A DNA stretch of 64,000 nucleotides from Eledone cirrhosa. Taxonomy: Eukaryota. Positions 42,412-58,773 of the stretch are shown in pieces (position 1 is the first letter of the stretch; every line of letters starts with the position of its first letter). Where the stretch lies: positions 58,962,001 through 59,026,000 of the forward strand of contig OZ024746.1 in NCBI GenBank assembly GCA_964016885.1, in the 5' to 3' direction. A program made the translations under genes and the position numbers. The notes under the pieces are model-generated. The model was not told the DNA's origin. It did not search any database and was given only the letters and a program-made list of their open reading frames with translations.

Positions 42412-42734
42412 TTACATTCAATATTTGCTTAGACATTCTCATCAACTACGAGTCTATAGGCTGGTGGTGGAACTAGAAATCATTACCTTCGCTGTATCAA
42501 TGTTTATCATTGATTGACCAACATTAAAAATTATAAATATAAATATAATTTATTAAATGTTGTCAGTTCTTTCGTAACACATATTTTATATTTTTAGATT
42601 TTTTCATTGTTATTTGTTTTTGTTATTGTGTATTTTTACTCAGTTTCATTTTAACCCCCACTGTCTCTGACTTTATATTGCCCCCTATATGTCGGCCCTT
42701 GTGACCAATAAATGAAACCATTATTATTATTATT

Positions 42735-43590
42735 GGTGGTGAATTGGCAGTATCGGTAGAGGGTTGGATTATGCTTTCCAGCATAGTTACGTCCCTTTCC
42801 GATCTGAGTTCAATTCCCGCCGAGGTTGACTTTGCCTTTCATCCTTACAGGGTCGATAAAATAAAGTACCAGTAATGTACTGGGTAATTGCTGGCCTTGT
42901 GCCAAAAAGTAGAAACAATTATTATTATTATTGGCAGTATCGGTAGAGGGTCGGACGCCATGCTTTGCAGCATAGAGTTACGCCCCTTTATGATCTGAGT
43001 TCAAATCCCGCCGAGGTTAACTTTGCCTTTCATCCTTATGGGGTCGATAAAATAAAGTATCAGTAATGCACTGGGTAATTGCTGGCCTTGTGCCAAAAGT
43101 AGAAACAATTATTATTATTATCAGTAGAGCGTCAAAAGGCGAAAGTTTCTTTATTAACCCTTGTGGTTAATAAAGAAATCATTATCAGTAGAGCGTCAGA
43201 GACCATGCTTTTCAGTTATGGCGCTTTAAGTTCTGAGTTCAAAACCGCCGAGGTTAACTTTGCCTTTCATCTTACGGGGTCGATTAAATATAGTTCCAGT
43301 CACGTACTGGGTTCTGGGGTCGATTTAATCGATTTTCCCCTCTCCCAAAATTGCTGGCCTTGTGCCTATATGAGAAACGATTATTATTATTATTGGTAGA
43401 GCGTCAGACACCATGCTTTGCAGCACAGAGTTATGGCCCTTTACGTTCTGAGTTCAAATCCGCCGGGGTTACCTTTGCCTTTCATCCTTACGGGGTCGAT
43501 AAAATAAAGTATCAGTCACGCACTGGGGCCGATTTAATCGACATTCCCCTCCACCAAAATTTCTGGCCCTGTGCCTATATAAGAAATCAT
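42735..43590 (+). mobile_element. Head-to-tail array of four SINE family A copies (short and long variants)
   Basis: B boxes at about 42807, 42997, 43235 and 43450; copies are separated by (TTA)n tails. Confidence 0.9.
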
Positions 43591-43594
43591 TAAA

Positions 43595-44476
43595 TATATA
43601 TCTCTAAAACAGAGAATGTCTGTCTGTCTATCTGTCTGTCTGTCTGACTCCCTAAAACTCGAGAACCACCCAACTGATTCTTTTCGAACTTTACACATGT
43701 AATACTTATGGTCGTGTGAGTGTTTTGAGCAAAACATATTTCAAATTTTCAATGCCCTAGAGACCGCATTAGATAGCTATAACGTCGCACCCTTATAATT
43801 ACATGTTTTTGAAAAATCTTAATGGAAAATTATTTGCCTATTCACCCAAGGTGACTTCACTTTTTATTAGGACTTCTTCATCAATTGGTGAACATACAAC
43901 GAAACTGTTTCAGAAGGGAGGGATAAACATGCCAATCTATGTTTAGAATCCTGAGCAACGCCGGGCCATCTGTCTCCCTAAAACTCGAGAACCACCCAAC
44001 CGACTTTTTTCAAACTTTACACATGTAATACTTATGGTCGTCTGAGTGTTTGAGCAAAAAATATTTCAAATATTAGGGACCGCATTAGGCGAAAATCCGC
44101 ATATTTTGCGCTTTAAAGGCTTTTTTTTAGGCATAACGGAACAATAATCCAGGCGATTTCTTCAAAATTTGCATTACTTATGTCGTTTAAAGTGTATTGA
44201 AAAAAAAGATTTTCTCATTTTTTGCCCCAGGGATCGCATTAGACGAAAAACCAATTTTTTGAAGCATTTTGGTTGCGTTAGGGCCTGTAACTCGAGAAGT
44301 ACCCAAACAATTCACAAATTTTCTTGACTGAAAAAGATTTCAAATTTTTGCCCGGGGACGGCATTGTTTAGCATTTTGGTTGCGTTAGGGCCTGTAACGT
44401 TAAAAGTATCCAACTAAATTCCTTCATGATCTCCACCACTGCAGTCTCCCCGAGCAACGCCGGGCCATTCTGCTAG
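43595..44476 (+). mobile_element. Two tandem non-autonomous Helitron units
   Basis: 5' tatctctaaaacagagaatgtctgtc; hairpin c(c/t)gagcaacgccggg at about 43950 and 44448; ends ctgCTAG|t. Confidence 0.72.
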
Positions 44477-44490
44477 TTATTAGTATTAAA

Positions 44491-44725
44491 GGCGGTAGAT
44501 TGGCAGTATCGGTAGAGCGTCGAACATTATTATTTGCAGCATAGAGTTGCCGCCCTTTGCATTTTGCTTTGTGGCATAGGGCTACGCCCCTTCGTGATCT
44601 GAGCTCAAATCCCTCCGGGTTTCATCCTTACGGGTTCGATGAAATAACGTACCAGTATCCACTGGGAGTGATTTTATCGATTTTCCTGATCTCTTCAAAT
44701 TGCTGGCCTTGTGCCAATGCTAGGA
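44491..44725 (+). mobile_element. SINE family A
   Basis: ggcggtagattggcagtatcggtagag..gagctcaaatccc. Confidence 0.8.
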
Positions 44726-45841
44726 ATTTATTTTTCTTTTCTTACCTGACTTTACTTTCGCATCGGTTAATGGATTAACATTTTATACAGATATGTTTTT
44801 TTTATCAAATTTGTAGAATTATTTATCTATCGTATTGCTGCGTGCAATTATTTCAAAAGAATTGAGTATTATTTCCTTCTTCTTCGTCGTAGTCGTCGTC
44901 CTCCTCCTCATCATCATCATCGTTGCCTCCTCCTCCCTCTAGTCTACTTTTTCTCCTCCTCCATCATCATCATCATCATCATCACCACCACCACCACCTT
45001 CTTCTTCTTTTCTAGTCACTATTCAGCATAGAAATGTCGCCGAGATACGCCCCAAAAACCAGGCATAAGATTTGTCTTTTCAACGAATGGCAAAACACAT
45101 TAAAAGAAAAGTTAACATATTCAAATAAACGTGGTTTTAATAAATGTAATGCGTTCAATTACTGTTTTGTTTTTGTTTTTTTTTTGTTTAATATGAAGGG
45201 CAAGGGAAAGGAAAAATGAATAGAAAAGAAATTTCGCTCGTTTATCTCCCTTGCTAGACAAGAGAAACTGCCAATATTTGATAGTAAACAGATAATTTTA
45301 AAGAAATTACAAACTTTATGGTTTGAAAAAATAATGATAATTCCAGTGCTTTTAGTATAAAAGTTAGTGACATTAACGACTTGCTTCATCATAACAACCA
45401 AAATAAAGACAACAACAACAACAACCACAACAAAAGCCACAACAACAACCACACAAACTCACACATGCACGTACACACTGGGTGGAAAAATATGGAAATA
45501 ACGATAAAGAGAAGTTTTAAGTTACTCACGATGCCTGTCGTAAGCAGTTTTGACCTTTGTGTTTTCAGACGAAAAAGTAGAAATAATAGTGGAAATTCTT
45601 TCGGGAAAGTTGGTACATTTCGAATTAGAAAGACAGTGGTGAAACTAGAGTGGTAAAATAAGATCAACAAAACAAATATATAGTTTTGGAGTTAACCCTT
45701 TTTGTCAAAAGTTAAGGATCGAAGAGTGGTATTGTTGCTAGATGTCTCCTGTTGTGGTGGTGAAATCCGATCAGTGAATAGTTGAACTGTGTGTGTGTAT
45801 ATCTCTCCACCGAGAAGATTCCATTATTACAATGGACAAAA

Positions 45842-45955
45842 GCGGTGGATTGGCAGTATCAGTAGAGGGTCGGACGGGATATTTTGTAGCATAGAGTTAC
45901 GGCCCTTTATGATCTGAGCTCAAATCCCGCCGAGGTTACCTTTGCCGTTCATCCT
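45842..45955 (+). mobile_element. SINE family A, 5' half
   Basis: A and B boxes present. Confidence 0.8.
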
Positions 45956-46314
45956 AAACAGTGTTTGTGTTGTCCTTAATTTATTCTACCCTGGTTTCAA
46001 CTTTGTATTTCCTATTCACAGTTACGGACTTCCCGCAAAGCAATATTAACTGCATATTTCACAATAATACATATAAACTATACTGTTTACATAACAATGA
46101 TAACACATATTAATAATAATAACGAGTGCTGCATGGTCGAAAGGTTAAGAAGTTAGCTTCGAAATCATAAGAAGGGGGAATAATGAAGGGGAGAACGAAG
46201 AATTATTGTAAATAATAATTTTGCATTTTTGCATATAAAATATAACTGGTTTCGATGTATCGGTGTAATCCATCTTATCAAATATATACATATGTATACT
46301 ACATATATGTATGT

Positions 46315-46406
<92 letters not shown>

Positions 46407-46833
46407 TGGAAAATGTAGCATGAGGAAGATGTGAGGTGTAGTGATGTTTGTTATATTGAAGAAGAGAAGAATGGAAAAGTGTGGGTGTTGGTAAATGTAG
46501 AGAGAAATGGTAAGGGAGATTTAGGGACATAGACAGAGCCAGAATGAGAGAAGTAGAGAAAAGGAAACATAAGAGGAATGTAGTGGAAGAGGAGCAGGAA
46601 TTGATGAAAGGAGAGAAAGATTCGAAATGGCACAAAGATGGGAGAGGCAGATTGAGAGATGTAAAGAGTGGTGAGAAGCCAGAGAAAGGGGGAGAGAATG
46701 CGTGTATGAAAGAGGAATATATTACTTAGAAAGAAGGAAAGAGAAAAAGAGGGGGAAAGGGGTGGATAGAGAGGCAGAGTGAGAGAGAGAGAGAAAACCA
46801 GAGAGAGAAAGAAAGTGATAGAGAGACAGAGAG

Positions 46834-46933
<100 letters not shown>

Positions 46934-47520
46934 CAACAGCTTGTAACAATACCAAAATAATTGGCATGGAATTCTAGAAGTGTCAAATAGGAGAGAATTA
47001 TTTTGGAATTGTAACAGAGAACTCGTGCGTGGGTGGGGATGGTAAGATTTAAGAGAATTGAATGAAAATGTACTTAAATATATTAAACCAAATATATAAA
47101 CAAAAAAAATAAAACAAAATAAAAAAGAGAATATGATAAAAATATAGATGAAAAAACAATGAGTTATAAATAGAGAAAAAGTGATAGACCCGGAGAGATT
47201 GGCTAAAAGAAATAGACCAGGAGAGGTCAAATAAATGATCGACCATGAGAAACAGAGTAACAGATATACTGCTTATATTCTTGGAATTTGTATTTGGTTA
47301 AAATCGATCCCCTTTTAATAATTCCTGATGATATGCGTGTGTTATATGTATTGTGTTAACTGTAAATAATTGTTAACAATTTCTGATTGACTCGTTGTTT
47401 ACATATGCATGTACCATTATCAACTATATAGAAACGAACGTAGATAGTAAAAATGGGTTTAATTTGATAACCTTGGCACACTTCATTTTAAATATATGTG
47501 TGTGTGTTTTTGTATGTATA

Positions 47521-47675
47521 GGCGGCGAATTAGCAGAGCCGTTAGAACGTCGGATAGAATTCTTTATGGTATTCGTCTCACCTCATTCTGCGCTCTGAGT
47601 TCAAATCCGAGGTCAAATTTGCCTTTCATCCTTTCGAGGTCAATAAAAAAGTACCAGTCCAGTACTGGGGTCGAT
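47521..47675 (+). mobile_element. SINE family A relative
   Basis: ggcggcgaattagcagagccgttag..gagttcaaatcc..gcctttcatcc. Confidence 0.7.
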
Positions 47676-48354
47676 TCTTCCTGTACAGAAAAAATCGGCT
47701 GTGTTCAGACATGGAGAGGGTTGCGCTCCCACAGCAGACGACGGTTGGGCTTGTGCCCTAGACACGCCGTTTGACGGTGCTTCTGCGACTCCGCAAGGAG
47801 TTATGAGATATTTATCCTTTATCCTGTTAATGTATGCATATATGTATGTATGGGGATGGGATCAGTAGATTTCTATCGACGAAGTATAGACATCGAGAAC
47901 AACGTTGATGACGCGAGGCATAGATTGAATATTAATTTGTTCTATTTTTTCCAGCCGAGTTGAACCAAATATTCTCTGGTGTCTGTGACAACTTTGTAAA
48001 TACAATGAACTAGTAATTCTTCTTTTCGAAGTCTGTCAGTAACAACGCTATTGTGTAGAATATTTATGATATATATGTAGCAAATATTTAACTAAATTAG
48101 TATACAGTAGATTATATGAATTGTTATAAAACATTTTATTAGAATTGCAAATTAGAAATAAGGAATGGAAGGAGAGTGAATTAAGACAAGCAAAACGAAA
48201 TAGTTTGCATTTTTACGTTATATTTCATATTTAAGGGTTAAGAAGCCATTTTGCAAATGGTGGCTAGGAAATGAGCTCTCTTTATTTCACTCTTTTTTCA
48301 CTCCTGTATTTCTAATACATTGGTTCTCAATTGAATCCTAAACACACAATTGAA

Positions 48355-48389
<35 letters not shown>

Positions 48390-48746
48390 ACAAAAGACCC
48401 CATGAGTATATATAGGATGACTGGAGTCTTGCTCTGATCAAACTAATTTCATTTCATAAGTTAAATAAATATAAGTTCTCTTGCTGAAACTATTTCTGGA
48501 AATGAAGCATCCTCCCGGTAAAATCCTAGATGACTGCAAATATTTGTAGAGCAATCATATATATTTACATATATATTTACATATATATGTAAATATATAT
48601 GATTGGACTACAAATCCCCAAGCAAGAAACGCCTTATTTTTAAAATAGAAATTATATATAAGAAAGAATGTTTAGTGTTTAAATATCGCTACTCATAGAT
48701 ATGTATGTAATAAATATATGCGTATGTATGTGTATATGTATATATT

Positions 48747-48825
<79 letters not shown>

Positions 48826-48870
48826 CATATACATATAGATACACATAAAATATATAAACATACGTGTATA

Positions 48871-48906
<36 letters not shown>

Positions 48907-48935
48907 CACTAATACACATAAAATATATAAATATA

Positions 48936-48978
<43 letters not shown>

Positions 48979-49041
48979 TTATACATAGATACAAACATAT
49001 ATACATACATACATACATACATACATACATACATACATACA

Positions 49042-49072
<31 letters not shown>

Positions 49073-49189
49073 GTATTTTTATTTTTTTAAACTACTATTA
49101 ATTTTCTATTCCAACACCCACTTTCAGCAAATATTCTATTCAGATGTAGCAAGAAAAATTGTTTTTCCTTTGTTTCATTCATGTTCATT

Positions 49190-49357
49190 CAGTAGGGTGG
49201 GACGCCATGCTTTCCAGCATAGTTACGTCCCTTTACGATCTGAGTTCAAATCCCGCCGAGGTTGACTTTGCCTTTCATCCTTAAGGGGTCGATAAAATAA
49301 AGTACCAGTAATGCACTGGGTAATTGCTGGCCTTGTGCCTAATGTAGAAACAATTAT
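49190..49357 (+). mobile_element. SINE family A
   Basis: Family homology. Confidence 0.85.
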
Positions 49358-49384
49358 TGTCATTATTATTCAGTTATTGTTGTT

Positions 49385-49728
49385 TTTATTTCGTTTAGCC
49401 TAGTTCTGTTTCTCTGTTGCCGGGTTCAGGCCTTGAACCTAGAGCAATAGATGTTTTCATTGTAGAGAGAGAACTCCTCTGAGAATGTGTACTGTTCCTA
49501 GTAGCTCGATCTTCTGTAGCTCATATTTACTGATCTTGCAGGGAAGGATGCTAAGGTGCAGGTCTGATGTTTTCGGTATGAATGTTAATACTTCTATTAC
49601 CACAAGGATGGTGTTTGTTGTTATACTCCACATGCGGTTGATCTCTATTTCCAGGTCTTTGTATTTTGACAGTTTTTCCATTGGTTTTATTGATGTATTC
49701 TTGTCAGCTGGTACGGAAATATCTGTAA
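49385..49728 (-). pseudogene. R4/Dong-clade LINE 3' fragment (restriction-like endonuclease)
   Basis: DISVPADKN...EKLSKYKDLEIEINRMW...LQKIELLGTVHILRGVL. Confidence 0.82.
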
Positions 49729-50398
49729 GACTACAGGTCGGATCGGATTTTTTTTTTTTTTCATCGATATTCGGTTATTTTATTTTTTTTATTTTATCGA
49801 TTTTTCAGCGATTTCTTGGTCGGTTATCACAGGCAAATGGATGCGATGCCTTTTTCCATGACTTTACTTTCTCCATATCAGCATATATGCTCTATCACTC
49901 CCATTCATTCTTTCGTCTCTCTAATCGTATGCTATACGTTCTATTTATTTTATTCACTGTCTCCCTGCTGCCCCCCCCCACACACACACACACAAACACA
50001 CACACATACTCTCTCTATATATATATCTCTCTCTTTCTTTCTTTCTCTTTCTTTTTTCTCTCTCTTCTCAAAAGAGGTTGTTTAACCCAACACTTTCTTA
50101 TGATTATCGTAGCAGCGTGCTGTTTAACTGCTATTTCCCAGGTAAAGCTTCTCCAATTATAATAAATATAAATAAATATATATGCATGTGTATATATGCA
50201 TAATTATAGGTATAGTTATATTATACATATACATACGCATATACATACATTTATATGTATATATATATATATGTGTGTGTGTTGTGTGTGGTGGGGTGTG
50301 TGTAGTGTGGTGCGTGTGTGTGTGTATATATAATTTATATTATATATATATTTATATATTTATATATGCAAATATTTATGTATATACGTATACTTCAT

Positions 50399-50511
<113 letters not shown>

Positions 50512-50604
50512 TATAAATATATATATATATGTGTGTATATACATATATACATACATATATATATATTTATATATATATATGTGTGTGTGCGTGTTTGTGC
50601 GTGA

Positions 50605-51380
50605 GAGTGCATGCTGCATGTGCACTGTCAGCTTTGTTGTATGCATGTGAGACATGGCTTGCCTACAAACGGCATATCCACAGACTGGAATGGTTTCACC
50701 AGCAGTGTCTCAGAAAGATGTTCGGTATCAAGTGGCAGATGCATGTGAGTGATGTTGAGGTCCTTGAGAGAAGTCAGTGTCGGAGCATTGACAGCATTAT
50801 CCACCAACGGACACCTCTGCAGAATGGAGGATGATTGAATCCCAAAACAACACTTGTCTGGCGAGTTTTGTGAGAGTAAGAGACCACCTCACAAACCAAA
50901 GCTCCGATTCATGGATTGTGTAAAGAACTCATTGAAAAGAATTTGTTTGATGATGGTTTACTGGCAGATAGAAGCTCTTGAAAGAGAAACTTGGCGTGGA
51001 ATGTTGAATGATGGGGTCCATAATTTTGAGGGCAGACACGTAGAGCACGAGAAGATCAAACGCGATGTGCGTAAGCAATGCCCTGGTGTATCTCTCGAAA
51101 CGATCGGTGTCTCCATTGAATTGAAGTGTTCTGAGTGTGGAAAACTTTGCTTGAGTAAATCTGGTCTCAGGGGCCACAGTCGCAGCCATGTTCAAAGAGA
51201 AACAGTGAACTATGATCTCCACGGTGTTGTGAGGGTGCACGGGCAACCTAATGCAGGACCTCAAGCCAAGGAGATCCATAGTTATCGTAAGTGTGTGAAG
51301 TAGTACAAGTCTCTAGCAGGCTTGAAAAGCCATATCCGAGCGTCACACATCTGAATCTGACAAACGATTGCAATACTCTT
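50605..51380 (+). pseudogene. RTE-clade LINE 3' fragment (RT C-terminus + C2H2 finger)
   Basis: [37 protein letters not shown]; KPKLRFMDCVKNSLK; CSECGKLCLSKSGLRGHSRSH. Confidence 0.88.
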
Positions 51381-51552
51381 GGCAATCGTTTCTCTGGCGA
51401 CCGGCTCGAGGCTCGATCGATGTGATGATCGAACCTGACTCTGAAAATCGCAATGTCCTCAGATACGTCTTGATATCATACTCTGCTCTATGAGAGCATT
51501 GAATGCTCAAACGGCCTACCGCATACGGATGCTTTAAACATCCAACACCAAT
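51381..51552 (-). mobile_element. Family F4 copy with intact CUGAGGA core, 3'-truncated
   Basis: Reverse complement: gacgtat CTGAGGA cattgcgattttcagagtcagg..gtcgccaga GAAAC gatt. Confidence 0.72.
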
Positions 51553-51569
51553 TATATATATATATATAT

Positions 51570-51841
51570 ATCACGATAGATTAACGGACCCATAGACTCT
51601 CGCTATTCCCTGTCAATAATGTGCTCAAAGAAGAAGGAATCCTGAGCTCTTTAAAATACAATATGTTGAAAAGGTAACACACTAGAGAGAGATAGTGCGC
51701 TATCAATAAAACAGGGAAAAATCACCAGTGTATAGAATCTATAACGTTTCATAGGTTATAGATTCCATACACTGGTGGTTTTTGCCTGTTTTATTGATGG
51801 CGCACTATCTCTCTAAAGTGTGTTATCTTTTCAAAATATTG

Positions 51842-51850
<9 letters not shown>
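51570..51850. mobile_element. Family F5 fold-back copy (no HHR)
   Basis: Homologous to 29390-29570; inverted arm 51755-51850. Confidence 0.8.
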
Positions 51851-51930
<80 letters not shown>

Positions 51931-52219
51931 TATATATTTATATGCATGTATGTGTAGAAAAGATGGTGACTTATTTTGAAAACTGGAATTCATAACTTAA
52001 TTTATTGGACAACTCTTACAAATTCCAGAGAGAGAAAGAAAAATTGTAGTAACGAGAAGGATTTAGAAGAAGAGAGAATGATTGGTAAAAAGAAATGAAA
52101 TGGCTAGAGATTTGATGAGAATGAATGTAACGAAAATAGTTTTGAATTTCGATATTTCCAGTAGAAGAAAAAAATATATAGAAATATTTTATGCTTCGTG
52201 GGGAAAAAATATATGCACG

Positions 52220-52276
<57 letters not shown>

Positions 52277-52312
52277 TATTATATATATATATGTATTATT
52301 TATATATATATA

Positions 52313-52349
<37 letters not shown>

Positions 52350-52407
52350 GGAAGGACAGGTAGAGATAGATAGAGAGAGATAGAGAGAGAGAGAGAGAAA
52401 GAGAGAG

Positions 52408-52496
<89 letters not shown>

Positions 52497-52621
52497 TGAG
52501 AGTTAAATACATAGATTGGTTGATAGTTGCACACACTGATATTATATATGCATACATATATGTATATGAATATAAACATATATAAATATAAATATCTGCG
52601 TATACGTACACACATGTATAC

Positions 52622-52674
<53 letters not shown>

Positions 52675-52717
52675 AAATGAGAAATTAAATTCAGGAAAAC
52701 TCTATTTTCTTCATTTG

Positions 52718-52751
<34 letters not shown>

Positions 52752-52785
52752 CACACATATATATATATATACACACAAACATTTA

Positions 52786-52875
<90 letters not shown>

Positions 52876-53465
52876 TATTTATATATATATATATGTATAT
52901 ATATATATACATATACACACGCACTTATATATGTATATATATATATATTGTTCGCCTTATATATTATTTAAGTAGTGTCTCTCTCTTGAAAATGTTAAAG
53001 TCAAATTAAAATTCTCATGAATTCTGTCCACCATTGCTGAATTGAGATTTTTGGATGATTTTTCGAGCTGTTGTTGGTGTTTGTGATTTTGTTTTCTTCA
53101 TTTTTTCCTATTTCATTGTTAAAGCAATGATAACTTCAAGTTGATTTCTTATTGTTATTTTTTTTCCGTTTTGTATCGTTTATGTTCTTGTTGTTGTTAT
53201 TATTATAGTTATATATCCATTCGTTGTTGTTATTTTTGTAGTTATATATCCAATTGTTTTTGTTGTTGCTGTTTTTTTATCATTTTTCCTTCTCTTACTG
53301 TTGTATATCTCGATGTTTGTAATCTGGCTTCTCTTTTTTCGTTGCTGTTGTTTCGTTGCTCTTTTTTCGTTGCTGTTGTTGTTGTAGTTGTTGTTGTTAT
53401 CTCGTTATATTCGTTGTTGATATCGTTGTTGTAGCTATATATATATATATCGTTGTTGCTGTTGC

Positions 53466-53497
<32 letters not shown>

Positions 53498-53629
53498 CCT
53501 TGTTGATATTACTGTCGACGTTGCCATGTCGTCATAATTTCCATGTTCCATGTCTTACCATTTGGTCACTCTAGAAATAGTTTTACATAATCATCTTCTC
53601 TCTCTTTCTCTCTCTTTCTCTCTCTATCT

Positions 53630-53778
53630 TATTGTATCGTAACAACTGCCACTACTACTATCACAACCACCATCACTCTCATTTCTACCATCACGATTAC
53701 TGCCACTACCATAGCCACCATTGCTATTATTGCCACTTTCCTTATCATCATCATCATCATCATCATCATTATCTCCAT

Positions 53779-53819
<41 letters not shown>

Positions 53820-53905
53820 CCTCCATCATCATCATCATCACCATCTCCATCATCATCAGCATCATAATCATCACCGTCAACATAATCGTCGTCATCATCA
53901 TCAAC
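53630..53905. repeat. (CAT)n/(CAC)n microsatellite
   Basis: Direct reading; the poly-His and poly-Met ORFs are artefacts. Confidence 0.9.
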
Positions 53906-54444
53906 AGCGACACAAGAGGTAGGTATTCTGAGCCTCCACTGGCTGTTGTATCAAGATTGCCCCTGATATTCAAACAAGTGTTTCAATTTCTGTAAACGAT
54001 GGAGGAGCCTGGGAGACCACCGGCCCTCCACACTGGGTAGATGGAGCTCGTTAGACGTGGTTGGCATTAGATCCCTTTGATTTCAAAACTGGGATAGATG
54101 GGATTTCTTAACCACTTAGGTGATAACCACTCAAATGGCCAACAGCTTCCTCTTTGTAATGAACAGAGATGAGATTCCCGAGTAAAGGTCGGACGAAGAT
54201 TCGGGCATACCGAGATCAGCTTTTGCCCGATGAGAGTAATGGACATATAGATTGCCCATGGTACCTGACACTCAATATTAAGAATGGGTAGAGTACTAAT
54301 CAGACACCTTGTGATGCAGGTGAGCACATTGATATGGAATTTGATTAAAAAAAACCACCTGCACTGACTCATAAGAATCAATCAGAAATTCAGAAATATT
54401 AACAATTGTAAGAGAAACTGACTATAATGGATGACATATAGTCA

Positions 54445-54772
54445 TAGCATAGTTATGTCTTTTTACGGTCTGAGTTCAAATTTGCCTTTCATCTTTACGG
54501 GTCGATCGATAAAAGAAAGTACCAGTAATGTACTGGGTAATTGCTGGCCTCGTGCCAAAAGTAGAAACAATTTTTTTTTTTTTTTTTTTGTCGAAGAATA
54601 GGTCCCAAGTAATAAAGATAATAATGATTTTTAAAAAGGCACAACGCCAGAAATTTGGAGGAAGAGGAAGGCCGATTATATCCAACCTAGTATGTAACTG
54701 GTACTTAATTTTATTGAACATGAAAGGATGAAATCCAAAGTTGACAGGGGTGAGATTTGAAGTTCAAACGTA
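54445..54772. mobile_element. Two degenerate SINE family A copies in tail-to-tail orientation
   Basis: Plus copy about 54445-54570; minus copy about 54635-54772. Confidence 0.65.
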
Positions 54773-55816
54773 AAAAAAAAAATTAAATTATTTCTTCTGG
54801 CTGTTTACGTTTCGAGTCCAAAATTCGTCCGAACTCGGCTCTGACGTAAGGAATACAACAAACCAAATTATAAAGCGTGGACGGCAATTATATTACTTTT
54901 TTAAGCCTTCGATCATAGATTTTGTCAAGATTTCCGTTTAATCTATTGGACGAGCTATGGGTTGTGGTAAACAGCCATAGGAGAACAAATTGTTTTGCTT
55001 TGGAAACAAATAATGAAAAAATAGTAATAATGTGTAAATGACAAATTAAAACGCAGACGAGAAGTAGGAGAGGGCAACGATGGGGAAGAAGAAGAAGAAG
55101 AAGAAGAAGAAGAAGAAGAAGAAGAAGAAGAAGAAGAAGAAGAAGAAGAAGAAGAAGAAGAAGAAAGAGTTTTTTTGGAGTTAGAAGTAGTAAAATTATT
55201 TAAATAGTATTTCACGCTATCGTTTCCGAGAATATATTTTAATACCTTCAAATTGTGAGAAATATGGATCGAAAGTAATAATAGAGAAATGAACGGACAC
55301 ACACGTACATTCAGTCACATACACAAACACACACATACTTACATACATAGACAAAGGCACATACACATATGTAGTCACATACACACAAGGTTACACAAAC
55401 ATAATTATACACAAACGCACACAGAATTACACACACACACATACACACATGCACATACTGACGCTCACACAAACGCACACAGAATTACACATATACACAC
55501 ATACACACATGCACATACTGACGCTCACACAAACACACACAGAATTACACACAGCCACCTACAGACGCACAAGAAGCACAAAATCAAATATATGAATAAT
55601 AAATAAATATTGATATGAAATATCATACATATAGGAAATTATTGATATGAAATATCACACGAAACTATAGAAAGCAAAAGAAACTAGGAAAAGACATATA
55701 TATTTCCTGTTCAGTAAAAATCACTTTGTTTTCATCTTTAATATCATACTTGATTTTTAAATCCCTTTGATTTATATATGCTGCAGCATTATATACATAC
55801 GTCTAAATAAGTATAA

Positions 55817-55898
<82 letters not shown>

Positions 55899-55933
55899 TT
55901 ATATGGTGTATGTAGCTATATATCTATACATAC

Positions 55934-55998
<65 letters not shown>

Positions 55999-56055
55999 TA
56001 CACACACACATATATATATGTGTGTGTGTGTGTGTGGGGGTGGGTGTGTGGATGC

Positions 56056-56087
<32 letters not shown>

Positions 56088-56148
56088 ATATATAGATATA
56101 TAGCTATATACACCATATAAATATATATACACATGGACACATATGTAA

Positions 56149-56210
<62 letters not shown>

Positions 56211-56288
56211 TATACATATATATATATATGTGTATATATATATATAAATATGTATATACATAAACATATATATATACGTATATATATG

Positions 56289-56384
<96 letters not shown>

Positions 56385-56623
56385 TGTGAATAGATATATT
56401 TAATTAGTGATTCTATTTTTATCATATATTCTGGCACGCGTCTATCTACACAGTTATTTTACTTTATACTGCATTATGACAAAAATATATTCATATATAA
56501 GTATATATATATATATATAAATATATGTAGGAGGTGAGTTTTATTGTAGTACAATAAAGCAATGCAGATATCGGATAAGAAGCACTCTACAGTTTGTGGG
56601 ACTGGAGTATACATAATATAAGA

Positions 56624-56788
56624 TATGTTGATTTAAAACTGCACTATCCACAAGTGTTTTTTAGCCTTCATATCATGTTCTCCTGTTTTATCTGATGAAA
56701 ACACAAATAGTATTGCATGATGATGTTTGTTTTTGAAATGCGCATAATAAAATACATGGAACTCCTTTAACCATCTTTTGATCTTATA
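56624..56788 (+). mobile_element. Isolated PLE-2 3' end carrying a hammerhead (56684-56755)
   Basis: Near-identical reverse complement of 8257-8418; gttttat CTGATGA..GAAA tgcgca TA ataaaat. Confidence 0.88.
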
Positions 56789-56878
56789 TTATATATAAAT
56801 ATATATATATATTATATATAATATATATAATATATATATATTATATATATATATATTATATATATAATATATATATAT

Positions 56879-56931
<53 letters not shown>

Positions 56932-57059
56932 TATATGTATATACATGTATACATATATATATATACATATATATATATGTATATACATATATGTATGATA
57001 CCGACGACAGAGCTCAAGCCGTTTCGACGGCTTATATATGTATATATATATATATATAT

Positions 57060-57765
<706 letters not shown>

Positions 57766-58160
57766 CGAGTGAGAGAGAGTGAGTTAGAGTGAAATATAGA
57801 CACAGACAGAGAGAGAGAGACTCTCCTCTCACACACATATATGCATTCGGATTTCATTGGATGTATGAATCAACTCAGTTGTAATATACATGTATGTATG
57901 AATGTATATGCATGTGTGTGTTTATTCATATATGTATCTTCTTTATGCCCCCCCCCCCCCCCCCTCTCGCTGTCTCTCTCTCTCTCTATATATATATATA
58001 CAGGTTTGTGTATAATATGTTCAAAGAATACCCTTACAAGAATACCCTTGTAATGTACCCTCAAAGAGACGGTCACTAACACATTATATTATTTACCAAT
58101 GTACAGTGAGTACTTATTTAAAATATTTTTCTGGTATACATTTATCTTATATACATATAT

Positions 58161-58247
<87 letters not shown>

Positions 58248-58446
58248 GATTTCTAAAGAATGAAACAGTTCTAGTCCTGTAGAATCTCATCTATATATAT
58301 ATATATATATATAATAAATGTAATCTGGGTTTTTCTATTATTAATAACATTTGATTCGTTTGCAATTATACAAACAAGCCTCATTTTTATAGCCATGTCA
58401 GTAGAATGAACCCGTCATCCTTGCTCTTGTGTTGGCATGTGGACAG

Positions 58447-58494
58447 AACTGTAGACACTAATTTTTCTGGGTATCACCCTTCATCAGTACAGCT
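58447..58494 (-). ncRNA. Type I hammerhead ribozyme (GUC; one stem III mismatch)
   Basis: Reverse complement: agctgta CTGATGA a gggt-gat-accc a GAAA aattagt GTC tacagtt. Confidence 0.75.
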
Positions 58495-58662
58495 CACTGT
58501 TCACCTGCCAAACTGTCAGATTACATTTATTGTATTCAGCCATGTAGAGCGAAAATGTTCTTATATGTATATATATAAGTTTATCTCGGGTGCAATCGGG
58601 GGGTAACCACAGTAAGTAAGGTACTCGATATATAGCAGAGTATAAATATTTAATATAGAAAT

Positions 58663-58713
58663 GGCTTCTACAGGACTCGAACTGTTTCATTCGAGAGAAA
58701 TCATCAGGAAGCT
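58663..58713 (-). ncRNA. Type I hammerhead ribozyme (GUA)
   Basis: Reverse complement: gcttc CTGATGA tttctctcgaat GAAAC agttcgagtcct GTA gaagc; partial plus-strand copy at 58247-58285. Confidence 0.85.
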
Positions 58714-58727
58714 GACTTATATATACA

Positions 58728-58770
<43 letters not shown>

Positions 58771-58773
<3 letters not shown>
